In this document: positions 1 through 8,498 of the stretch, in pieces
Layout of the letters: each line of letters opens with the position of its first letter
Position numbering within the stretch: the first letter of the stretch is position 1
NCBI GenBank assembly: GCA_903857825.1
Contig: CAIOGI010000009.1
Span: 7,203 to 71,202, forward strand
DNA from: Candidatus Tayloriibacteriota bacterium
Lineage (GTDB): Bacteria > Patescibacteriota > Minisyncoccia > Phycocordibacterales > PALSA-1337
Direction: 5' to 3'
Length of the DNA stretch: 64,000 nucleotides
Program-made: the position numbers and the translations under genes
The notes under the pieces: model-generated
Seen by the model: only the letters and a program-made list of their open reading frames with translations
The model's database searches: none
What the model was told of the DNA's origin: nothing

Positions 1-523
1 TATTCTCAGTACCACCATCTTTAGGTCTTTCTCCTTCTTGAGTAATTATAACGTCAAAATCTGATTCAGGGAACCAGCCAATTTCATGAGATTCTATTCT
101 AAATATCTGGCGTGAACCAAGTGTATCTTTTTTAGAAAGTCGTTCTATAACAAGCTTAAGTAACTCAGGAGATTTAAGACTTTTTGATGCATGGATAAAG
201 ACCGCCTTTCTTGAATTTCGTTCAACATATTGAGCAATAAATACCCTGGTACAAACTTCGCCAGTAAGACCAGTACTCTTAAGGTCCGCCTTGTCCTCTA
301 TTGTCACGCATTCATTTCTCACGTCAACATTCGTCGGATTATTTAATGATATTTGGTAGTCCTCAATAATATCTGGAAATAATGATTCTAGACGAGCAGA
401 TTCTTTCGTATCTTTTTCTTCCTGTGAAATATACAAACTACTAACAAGAACAGATTCTCTTGCGTAGATAAACACTCCCACTATAACAATTATTACTAGC
501 GCTATAATTAGTATTTTTTTCAT
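1..523 (-). CDS. Secreted/membrane-anchored hypothetical protein, truncated by the window edge (cassette gene behind gap-tail copy A)
   Basis: Read manually: ATG at 523, MKKILIIALVIIVIVGVFIYARES...; N-terminal hydrophobic helix; not in the ORF track. Confidence 0.75.
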   Translation of the reverse strand, partial: MKKILIIALVIIVIVGVFIYARESVLVSSLYISQEEKDTKESARLESLFPDIIEDYQISLNNPTNVDVRNECVTIEDKADLKSTGLTGEVCTRVFIAQYVERNSRKAVFIHASKSLKSPELLKLVIERLSKKDTLGSRQIFRIESHEIGWFPESDFDVIITQEGERPKDGGTEN

Positions 524-612
524 ATAATTTTAATTATTAAATAATTCTCCCCCGCCTTCACCAAATGCTCCACCAAAATATTCGTATACCCCATTTCATA
601 TCGGTACCATGC
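520..612 (-). repeat. Diverged copy A of the gap 3' end (att-like)
   Basis: Translates AWYRYEMGYTNILVEHLVKAG vs GAPDH AWYDNEMGYTNTLVRHVIEAG; 579-599 is identical to 48071-48091 (21 bp); 550-589 matches 46534-46573 at 38/40. Confidence 0.92.
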
Positions 613-776
613 TGGCAGATTTTTCATGTTTTTCGACTTTTTCATAACTTTATTTTAACACGAGATTCAATTTGATTTAAATTCCTAGTACGCTCGTCTT
701 TCAAAATAGCAATAACATTGTGACCTTGAAAGGCGAGCGAGGATTGGAAATTTAGCTGTCAAAGTTCGTTAACATC

Positions 777-805
777 ATCATAAACAAACGCTTGTTTAAT
801 AGCAA
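777..805 (-). promoter_or_regulatory. Sigma70-like promoter TTGCTA-N17-TATGAT overlapped by the palindrome ACGCTTG-N8-CAAGCGT
   Basis: Hexamers at 805-800 and 782-777; points toward gap-tail copy A. Confidence 0.55.
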
Positions 806-975
806 GCGTCAAAATACGGCCTTTTTTATGGCCTTAATTCGCCTTTTCTTTCCACTCAACTTCCCCATCAAGCTGAAGTGTTTTTTGCCATATTTGCGGA
901 TCGTTGTTGATCCACCCTTACGACCTAGCTGTTGCGCTGCCTTGTTTTTCACATGTTTATTATAACAGACATAAA

Positions 976-1947
976 CTAGTAGTGAAGTGCTTTAGTTCTT
1001 GGCATTTTGTATTTTCGCATTCTTTGATTCCTTGGTACATTTCTGAATGCATCATATCGTCTCTGCAAATCGGGACCAGTCATCATGGTATAAATCATCG
1101 AGCTCTCCAAGCTGGAATGGCCAAGAATATTTGAAACATCTGAATTCGATCCGCCTTTGTTTACAATATCACGACCCATGAAATGTCTCATAGAGTGAGC
1201 ATTCAGAGTTGGTATGCCAGCACGGTTAGAATTTGTGCGTAACATTTCAGCAACTCCTACCACGGACATTCTTCGTCCTCTTACTGCATTTTGTCCACAT
1301 TTAGAGATCGATATAAATAAGGCATCAAGATCTTCAAAAGTAAAAAGTGAAAACAAATGTCTTCGTTTTTTGACCCATCTCTTTAGAAGAGCATTCGTGC
1401 TTGGTGTCCAGAATATTTCTCGGATCGGACGACGGCCACGAGATTTTTCAGTTCTGATCAGGGCTGTTCTCTTGCTCAAATTTAGGTCGCTTACATTGAG
1501 TGATAGTATTTCTCCATTTCTCGCGCCAGTATCCCATAGCAATGCCATCAGAGCACGATTTCTAATATGATGCGGTTTATTATCCTTCGGTATGGAGTTA
1601 ATAAGTTTTCTATATCCCTGTTCTGTTGCAATACGTGGTATGTTGTACTCCTTACGAGGAGTAGGTATAAGTGATTCGTTAATCACATTGAATTTCTGTA
1701 GGTTATAAAATTCAAAGAATTTCTTAAGCGCTAATGTGACAATAATTATGCCGTTCCGCTTCCAGCCGAGATCTTTCATCATATTCAAATAGTTCATCAC
1801 GTCATTGAGCGTGATGGATTCGATATGCGGATTACGCAAGTAGAGGCAAAATATTTTGAGAACCTTGTCATATCTAACTACGGTATGACTGGATACCTTG
1901 ATCTGTCTCCAATTGCTAAATTCATTTATTGCGTCTTTGAATAACAT
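976..1947 (-). CDS. Tyrosine recombinase/integrase (XerC/D-like)
   Basis: TGARNGE, K, HSMRH, LGH and MIY catalytic motifs; N-terminal core-binding region; probable start ATG at 1947 (MLFKDAI). Confidence 0.93.
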   Translation of the reverse strand: MLFKDAINEFSNWRQIKVSSHTVVRYDKVLKIFCLYLRNPHIESITLNDVMNYLNMMKDLGWKRNGIIIVTLALKKFFEFYNLQKFNVINESLIPTPRKEYNIPRIATEQGYRKLINSIPKDNKPHHIRNRALMALLWDTGARNGEILSLNVSDLNLSKRTALIRTEKSRGRRPIREIFWTPSTNALLKRWVKKRRHLFSLFTFEDLDALFISISKCGQNAVRGRRMSVVGVAEMLRTNSNRAGIPTLNAHSMRHFMGRDIVNKGGSNSDVSNILGHSSLESSMIYTMMTGPDLQRRYDAFRNVPRNQRMRKYKMPRTKALHY

Positions 1948-1949
1948 AA

Positions 1950-2182
1950 TGGCAACCAAAAAGTCCACTCGATGCTACTCAAAGTGGACTTTTGGTGGCT
2001 GTCAGCTCAACGAGCATCTTGCCATTCCCTAGCTAGGGAGACGTAGTCTTACGACCACATCATTTACATTTTCCCCTATCCTTTCGGAAATAGCAAGGCA
2101 ATGTTAATCAAAAGTCCATTGGTAGCATCTGGCTAGAATAGCCTGATCCCTTTCGGGTACAATGGAATAATATTCGGTTGTC
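1950..2182 (-). ncRNA. Structured cis-regulatory leader of the integrase (terminator/antiterminator candidate)
   Basis: Three GNRA-capped hairpins on the minus strand; a long-range stem (2129-2109 with 1994-1971) is mutually exclusive with a U-tailed hairpin (1995-1956). Confidence 0.7.
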
Positions 2183-2187
2183 ACTAC

Positions 2188-2216
2188 ATCCTAGTGTAGT
2201 GTCTAGCCATTGTCAA
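2188..2216 (-). promoter_or_regulatory. Integrase promoter TTGACA-N17-TAGGAT with operator-like palindrome CACTACA-N6-TGTAGTG (2182-2201)
   Basis: Consensus -35 and 17-bp spacer; third half-site at 2233-2239. Confidence 0.7.
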
Positions 2217-2297
2217 GAAGGATTATTCATTATGTAGTGTTGTTAAAGCAAAAATACTATATTGTCAATCAAAATAAGGGTATTTTGACCATTCCAT

Positions 2298-2338
2298 AAA
2301 AAAGTCGCAACGGTTTTTAGGCGTTGCGACAGATTTTT
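2298..2338. terminator. Intrinsic terminator hairpin
   Basis: GTCGCAACG/CGTTGCGAC stem with an A-run, downstream of 2356-3372. Confidence 0.7.
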
Positions 2339-2355
2339 GACGGAATAGACACAGA

Positions 2356-3372
2356 TTAATCCAGTCTTTTCCGCATTTCCTTCAAGAACCAGATTACCTC
2401 GGTATTTAGGGTCGGCAGAGGCTCATTTGTGCCCACCTTTACTGGTATAGAGACCCTTGGATGGATTCCCAGAAGATCCCCTATCACGATGATCCGACCA
2501 CTTTCTTTGCTGATACGGTTGAATAGGTCGATTGCAACATTCAGGAAGGTGACTGATAGCTCCCGAGCATTCTCGGCAGGCATGCTTGTCCACTTTTCCA
2601 TCATACCAAATGGTAAAATGTAAGGATAGGCACAACTGTGGCTTTCCGCTGTTTGAACCGGCGCGAAGCTATGAGCTACATGCACACCGACAACACGTCC
2701 GCATCCAGGAACGAATGGGATAAGGTCGCGGTCGGCGATCCACTCGAACAGATTTTCGAAAGCATGAACGATCACGAGCTCGCCTTTGAAGGCTTTCTCG
2801 ATGACCGCCTTAGCCCCGATATCACAGAAGCCAACGATGACTGTAACAACATTTACGCCACGGGCTTCGAGCTCCTTGAGAATGTAAAGACAGGTATTGC
2901 CCCTGAATGCCCCTTCCTTGGCAAGAATCACGGGGCGGCCTGCAATTCTAAGGGTCAGATCGTCAAACTGCTTGTCGAGGTAATCAAAGCCTGGACGCGG
3001 ACCGTACCCGAGCATTTTGCCGTCCCTATCAAAGAGCCGGTTAATGCTTAGGTTCAGACCTTCCTGATTCGGATTCAAATCGTCCATCTCTGAGCAGGTG
3101 ACCAGAACGGCATGCCGATTATTCACAGCGATACATTCATGGACTTGATCCCAGATTTCTAACCTGAGATCATTCTTGTCGACGGGGTGAATCGCAGCAT
3201 TCGGAAATGCACGAGTTACCCTCTCGAGAAGACTTTGGTGCAGATGTCCGAATATTGGATCATCCAGATTCGGGACCGTCAGACCTTTCGATAGGAACGA
3301 TTGTAGACCGCTTGCTACGTCAAAGGAAACCACGCAGGTTCCCTGACGAGCTACTGGACTGGCAGATTGCAT
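2356..3372 (-). CDS. Phosphoribosyltransferase-fold-like hypothetical protein
   Basis: VILAKEGAFRGNT resembles a degenerate PRPP loop; GGGAGG RBS. Confidence 0.5.
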   Translation of the reverse strand: MQSASPVARQGTCVVSFDVASGLQSFLSKGLTVPNLDDPIFGHLHQSLLERVTRAFPNAAIHPVDKNDLRLEIWDQVHECIAVNNRHAVLVTCSEMDDLNPNQEGLNLSINRLFDRDGKMLGYGPRPGFDYLDKQFDDLTLRIAGRPVILAKEGAFRGNTCLYILKELEARGVNVVTVIVGFCDIGAKAVIEKAFKGELVIVHAFENLFEWIADRDLIPFVPGCGRVVGVHVAHSFAPVQTAESHSCAYPYILPFGMMEKWTSMPAENARELSVTFLNVAIDLFNRISKESGRIIVIGDLLGIHPRVSIPVKVGTNEPLPTLNTEVIWFLKEMRKRLD

Positions 3373-3461
3373 AGGAACCTCCCTTTCTTGTGGTTGTTGA
3401 GTTGACTACGTTGAAAGAACACATCTGCTCTAGTCTATATTGGAATCAGCGAGAATGCTAC

Positions 3462-3779
3462 TTATTTATCCTCACCCTTGAGTCGCTCAATCATCATCTT
3501 GTATCCTCCACATCCTTCCTTCAGCCAGCGGTTGATCTTTGTAATGGTTACTGGAGATTCACCTGTTTCTTCTTGAATCTGTGTAAAAGGCACACCAGCG
3601 TAGAGTTTTTTAGCGACTTCCCAACGCATAGCGAATTCTCGGAGATCCCGTTCGCTCATAAGGTCTCGAAAAAAAGCTTTAAGTTCATCCTCGTTTTTGA
3701 TAGATAAAAAAGCCTTGAGCAAATCAGGAGATTTATTCTCTAATTCAGACCATATTCCATTTTTTTCTTCTTCAGTCAT
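3462..3779 (-). CDS. TrpR-like protein, YerC/YecD family
   Basis: FFRDLM...RWEVAKKL...TITKINRWL..G.GGY signature. Confidence 0.85.
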   Translation of the reverse strand: MTEEEKNGIWSELENKSPDLLKAFLSIKNEDELKAFFRDLMSERDLREFAMRWEVAKKLYAGVPFTQIQEETGESPVTITKINRWLKEGCGGYKMMIERLKGEDK

Positions 3780-3884
3780 AGATACATTTTATCACTTGTT
3801 ATTAATCAAGCAAAGCCGACATGTTCAAATCGATATGAAATGAGGACATTACTCAATTTTTTATATATATGGTAATTATACCCT

Positions 3885-4187
3885 ATGCCCATATATAAAA
3901 TAGATCCGTTCAAGGAAGCAAGAAAGAACGCCCATATCTGGCGTGGCGAGAATGCCACCATCTGGTACAACGAAAAGCTTGATGGATCGTTCTCTGTTCT
4001 GGTGCTATACGAATTCGGGGATAAAAAACGCAGGCTTTTTTTGGAAATCAACGATCAGGATCGGCTTATAGAATTCAAAAATGATGATTTGCTATCGGAA
4101 CAATTTTCATCATTACTACAAGAAATTCTCACTATAGAAAAGTTAATTTCAAATTCAAAAGATTTGACTGGGTCTTTACCCTTCTGA
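3885..4187 (+). CDS. Hypothetical protein
   Basis: 100-aa ORF filling the gap between genes. Confidence 0.55.
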   Translation: MPIYKIDPFKEARKNAHIWRGENATIWYNEKLDGSFSVLVLYEFGDKKRRLFLEINDQDRLIEFKNDDLLSEQFSSLLQEILTIEKLISNSKDLTGSLPF

Positions 4188-4198
4188 TTCCATCACCC

Positions 4199-5233
4199 CT
4201 ACTGAGTCTGCTCAAATGAATAATTGACGCTCTGGCTAATCGAAGTATTTTTATTGCTAAAATAATTGTTAAATATAAATACTGCACCGATAATAGCCAC
4301 AACTGCAAGTCCGTTGGTGATAAGATCAGGATGTTTTAAATTAAAATTAATGGCAGTATGCAGAACCAACGCCAATAACACTATACCGAGAATAATATAC
4401 AATATAATATTGAATGAATGATGTGGTGAAGCGACGATCCGTTCAAAAAACGAAGGTTCATTTTGATTTTGAGAAGAGACTTGGGCATTATCTGAAGATT
4501 CAGAAATAACCTTATCAGGTATCGTCTGGGTCTTATCATTTGCTTCGGGAATAGCTGTTTCAGCACCTAGAACATTTTCTGTAGGCATATCAATAGCTAC
4601 CGATTGCGTAATAGCTTGAGTATGCACTTCGTCTTTATATGCCATAGCTACTGTTTTAGTTGGCTTTGGGTTTGCGTACACTTGGGCGATAAATACCGTC
4701 TCCCTGCCTTCAAACATCCCGGTTGCCACCCCTGTTCCGACCTCTCGGTATGATGCTTTTACGATGTTTGCCCGATGGGTCGGCGAATTCATCCAGGCTT
4801 TAGTGACATCTTCCGAATCAGTAAAATTAATAGCCAAATTTTCGCCGGCATAATCATATTGATACCCGACAGTATTTAGCCAGTGCCAGGGCGTTATTCC
4901 TTCTGGGCTCGTATGTGCAAAATATCCTTTTTTGGCCATGTCATCGGCTTTCAATTGAGCCGCTTCAGTCAAAAGCGGACTTACAACGAGATCAGGAAGT
5001 TTATTGTGTTCTCTTTCTTCATTTGTCAGGGTGGCAAGAACGGCTGGCAGAACACTAGCGAGATTGGAATTTTGAACAATAGCAACAAATGTTATAGTCG
5101 GTACAATGAAAGCAAGAAGTTCAAGAACCAAAACAATGCCGACTATAGATTGAGCGTTTTTCCCATGCAAAAAATGCGGCCGAAAGTCGTTTCCATGATG
5201 AGGTATAAAATGTTTTTTCAACCAGGAAATCAT
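4199..5233 (-). CDS. CAP (SCP/YkwD-like) domain membrane protein
   Basis: GYFAHTSP, AGENLA and WMNSPTHRANI motifs; N- and C-terminal TM helices. Confidence 0.92.
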   Translation of the reverse strand: MISWLKKHFIPHHGNDFRPHFLHGKNAQSIVGIVLVLELLAFIVPTITFVAIVQNSNLASVLPAVLATLTNEEREHNKLPDLVVSPLLTEAAQLKADDMAKKGYFAHTSPEGITPWHWLNTVGYQYDYAGENLAINFTDSEDVTKAWMNSPTHRANIVKASYREVGTGVATGMFEGRETVFIAQVYANPKPTKTVAMAYKDEVHTQAITQSVAIDMPTENVLGAETAIPEANDKTQTIPDKVISESSDNAQVSSQNQNEPSFFERIVASPHHSFNIILYIILGIVLLALVLHTAINFNLKHPDLITNGLAVVAIIGAVFIFNNYFSNKNTSISQSVNYSFEQTQ

Positions 5234-5252
5234 ATCGTGTTCAATTATACAA

Positions 5253-5288
5253 CAATCCCCCGCCCTTATAAAGATGCGGGGGATTGTA
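5253..5288 (-). terminator. Terminator hairpin
   Basis: AATCCCCCGC/GCGGGGGATT stem downstream of 5301-5732. Confidence 0.6.
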
Positions 5289-5300
5289 TATAAAGCCTTA

Positions 5301-5732
5301 CTATCCGTTGATCTCTGCTCTGGTCAGAGGACCAAAGAATCCAGTGACATATCCGATGCCTGGATGTGCTGCTTGAAACGCTTTCAGCGCCGCAAAGGTG
5401 ACTGGACCGAAATAGCCAGTATCAGTGGGATGCTTGAAAAAGCCTTCAGCGCGGAGGAGTTTCTGGAGCTCCATCACCTCATTGTCTTGCATGCCCATAC
5501 GCAAGTCTTTTGTGAAGAGGAATGTCTCCGCTCCCAAGACTCGAGGGGTTGCAACTGTTACAACGGGCACAGGAACATACCAACCTCCACCACCGCCACC
5601 ACTACTGTAACTACCACTGCTGCTGCTACTGCCACTACTTCCGTAGCCGTACGCCGTACCAAAACCAACTGCTGAAATCAGCACAAGGCTAAGTGCTGTT
5701 AGAGTTGATTTTATGAATATTTTTTTGTTCAT
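5301..5732 (-). CDS. Secreted peptidoglycan-binding domain protein with Ser/Gly linker
   Basis: Signal peptide; EVMELQKLL...TGYFGPVT..ALKAFQ...TGFFGPLTRAEIN. Confidence 0.88.
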   Translation of the reverse strand: MNKKIFIKSTLTALSLVLISAVGFGTAYGYGSSGSSSSSGSYSSGGGGGGWYVPVPVVTVATPRVLGAETFLFTKDLRMGMQDNEVMELQKLLRAEGFFKHPTDTGYFGPVTFAALKAFQAAHPGIGYVTGFFGPLTRAEING

Positions 5733-5854
5733 AATTTTTTATTTGGCGATATTATTAAAGCCAAACATTTATTAATAATAATTATACTATAGACCAAACG
5801 CGAAGTTAAGGCTTTTATTCACGTTCCAAACATGTTACCATAAAAGAAAGTTAT

Positions 5855-7363
5855 ATGCAAGAGTCAACTTATCCACAAACAAAAAGGACAAATCTAACAT
5901 ATGGCCTACTGGCTGTGTTCTCTGCCGTTCTGATCTTGGGCGGTTTTTTTCGACTCTATAATCTGGGATCTCAGTCATATTGGATGGATGAAGGATATAC
6001 AATCAACGCGGTCAAGGCGATCCAAGAAAAGGGTTCGACAATTCTTGATTCAGGTCTTCCTTATTTTTGTCCTATGTACTGTTATCCGACGGCACTTATA
6101 TCAAACGCCTTAGGTGCTTCGCCGACAAGTTATCGCTTACTTTCAGTTTTGACAGGTCTGGCATTCATTGTAGCAATGTTTTTTATTACGCGAAAATTGT
6201 TCAATCAGAATGTAGCCATGTTAACATCTGTAGCACTGACTTTTTCATATTGGCAGATCGCATGGTCGCGCCAAGCTCGCTGGTACACCCTGTTTGCTTT
6301 ATTCTTCTGGGTTGCGCTTTATTTTTTTCATCAATCACTTTATGGAGAAAAGAACAGAGCTTGGCATGGTATTTTTGCTGTCGTTTTCACTATCTTCGCA
6401 ATTATGACTCATGGCTTGGGATACCTCTTGCCCTTGATATTCATCGGCTGGATCCTGATTGATCGAATATTCTTAGGCAAAAAAATGAACTTTGGATACC
6501 TGATCAAGGTGATCAGTACCATAGTTGTCTTGGCTACAATCTCGCTAGTATTTCTATCGCAAAAGTTTGGAATTCATTATGAGCTTCCCTACTATGTCAG
6601 TTTTTACATAAGAGCTTATTGGCTTTTCTTGATATTTTTGATAATCGGATTCTTTGCGATTACGCATTCAATGAAACGAGAAATGTATTTCTTACTTTTT
6701 GTTCTATTATCGTATCTTATTCCTCTCTCATTTCTAACAAACATAGTCCATTACAGATACCTTTTTCATGTCACTCCAGTATTCATACTGCTTGGCACAG
6801 CTGGCATGTTAGCGATCAATGATAATTTGAAAAATAACTACACGAAATCATCATTTTGGATCGTACTCACTATCCTATTCTTTACTATCGGCGGCGGAGT
6901 CTTTATTCCACGTACTGAATATTTTTTGGAATCCGATAATCCAGAAACAATCGGTGAGAGACCATCGTACGCCTATACACCGCAACCAGATTGGAATGCT
7001 GCATATGAATTTCTCGAGATAAACAGAGAGGAGGGAGACATTGTCATATCAAGTCAGCCGCAATTTACCAAGATTTTTCTTAATGATCCAGGATATTGGA
7101 TCAAGTACGACTATCTTGGTTTTGCAGACCAGGTAAAGGAACCTACAGGCGACACTGAATACTATGTTGGAGCAAAAGTAATTGATGATCTACAGGAACT
7201 TCAGGTAATTGCTTCGTCTGCGCATGGTTTTGTTATATTCGATCATATGTCCGCGGATGGAAAGATTGCGGAAAATATTATCAGCTACATTCGAGACAAT
7301 TTCAAGTTGGTGTTTGAAAAAAAGACAAACCCTTGGTCAGAGGTGTGGATTTATAAATTCTAA
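5855..7363 (+). CDS. GT-C fold membrane glycosyltransferase (PMT/ArnT-like)
   Basis: RLYNLG..SYWMDE and SRQARWY motifs; many TM helices. Confidence 0.85.
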   Translation: MQESTYPQTKRTNLTYGLLAVFSAVLILGGFFRLYNLGSQSYWMDEGYTINAVKAIQEKGSTILDSGLPYFCPMYCYPTALISNALGASPTSYRLLSVLTGLAFIVAMFFITRKLFNQNVAMLTSVALTFSYWQIAWSRQARWYTLFALFFWVALYFFHQSLYGEKNRAWHGIFAVVFTIFAIMTHGLGYLLPLIFIGWILIDRIFLGKKMNFGYLIKVISTIVVLATISLVFLSQKFGIHYELPYYVSFYIRAYWLFLIFLIIGFFAITHSMKREMYFLLFVLLSYLIPLSFLTNIVHYRYLFHVTPVFILLGTAGMLAINDNLKNNYTKSSFWIVLTILFFTIGGGVFIPRTEYFLESDNPETIGERPSYAYTPQPDWNAAYEFLEINREEGDIVISSQPQFTKIFLNDPGYWIKYDYLGFADQVKEPTGDTEYYVGAKVIDDLQELQVIASSAHGFVIFDHMSADGKIAENIISYIRDNFKLVFEKKTNPWSEVWIYKF

Positions 7364-7366
7364 AAA

Positions 7367-8497
7367 ATGAATTTGCTTAAATATCTGAACAGAGGTAAAT
7401 TAATCGTAATGAAACAATTTTGGAATAATGTCAAAGATGGTCAATGGCTCAAATCACATGCTTTTTGGTTAAGATTTTTTGCATACGGGATACCATTTGC
7501 TTTTCTTCTATATATGCTTTATTGGAACTTTTTGCCTTTCGGATACGATAAAGAGTTTGTTATAGATGTCGGATCACCTTCTGATATGTCTGGAGAATTT
7601 AGGCTTAAGCCGTCAGAGTACCTGTCGGATCGAATGTCTACCACTACCATGAATGGTTTTGTAGAGACTTGGAGAGAAATTAGTGGACCAATTTATGCAG
7701 TGTATAACCCTTCAGGAGTTCTTCGCGATAAACGCATGTATATTGATGTTGAAGGTGACAATGTTACAGTAATGCCGTTAGAAATTAGTGACGATTATAG
7801 TAGATATGACTGGGATTATATATGGGATTTCACACATGGTTCCAAACCAGCTGAATTTTATGGTAAAGCAGATTTTTTCTCAGATAACAGTACTCAAGCA
7901 TGTGCTTACTTTGACGGAAATTCGGGAGACCGGCTCGAGTTGTCAAATTCTGCCGATCTTTTTGAAGATCAGGCATTCTCTGTATATGTAAACTGGCAAC
8001 CAGATAACGACGCAACGAGTTCTCAACAAATTGTCGGACATTATAATTGGGAACTCTTTCAAAATCGTGATAGCGTTGTCTTCCAAGTAGGCAGAATGAG
8101 TAATCAGAATGGCCCTTTTTTCTCCATTCGGTATCCTGTCACTCCTGATTTTTTTGGGAGGAAACATGCAGCATTGGCTATATATAATCCCTCCAATGAA
8201 GACGGCCGTATTGATCTGTATATTGACGAACGATATGTTGGCAGGACATATTTTCAGCGGTTGAGAATATGGCCTGGCTATAATAGTAATCGAGATCTTT
8301 CTTTTGGTAAGAGCGAACATGGAAATGGTACATATTTTACAGGATGTATATTTAGATCCGCTATTATGAATGGAGTAGCAATCAGCGATAGAAAAAACTT
8401 ATCATATCGCATAAATGGTATGGGTGAAATCTCCATACCACTAATGACCACAGGAAGATCAGTAATCCGATCCGTAATTTTACGCGTCAATAATTAG
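7367..8497 (+). CDS. Membrane-anchored LamG/concanavalin-like domain protein
   Basis: One TM helix; YFDG, FSVYVNW, DLYID and YFTGCI motifs. Confidence 0.7.
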   Translation: MNLLKYLNRGKLIVMKQFWNNVKDGQWLKSHAFWLRFFAYGIPFAFLLYMLYWNFLPFGYDKEFVIDVGSPSDMSGEFRLKPSEYLSDRMSTTTMNGFVETWREISGPIYAVYNPSGVLRDKRMYIDVEGDNVTVMPLEISDDYSRYDWDYIWDFTHGSKPAEFYGKADFFSDNSTQACAYFDGNSGDRLELSNSADLFEDQAFSVYVNWQPDNDATSSQQIVGHYNWELFQNRDSVVFQVGRMSNQNGPFFSIRYPVTPDFFGRKHAALAIYNPSNEDGRIDLYIDERYVGRTYFQRLRIWPGYNSNRDLSFGKSEHGNGTYFTGCIFRSAIMNGVAISDRKNLSYRINGMGEISIPLMTTGRSVIRSVILRVNN

Positions 8498-8498
8498 A

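Noticed and set aside
1950..2182. Integrase leader as a bridge-like guide RNA matching the gap att site
   Set aside because: I found only short matches by eye (for example CGAATATT), which is not enough to claim guide pairing.
3831..3845. CGATATGAAATGAGG, an inverted 14/15 match to gap-tail copy A
   Set aside because: GAPDH similarity does not continue past it, and a 12-bp exact AT-rich match is plausible by chance in 64 kb.
5580..5660. Trinucleotide-like repeats
   Set aside because: They encode the Ser/Gly linker of the peptidoglycan-binding protein.
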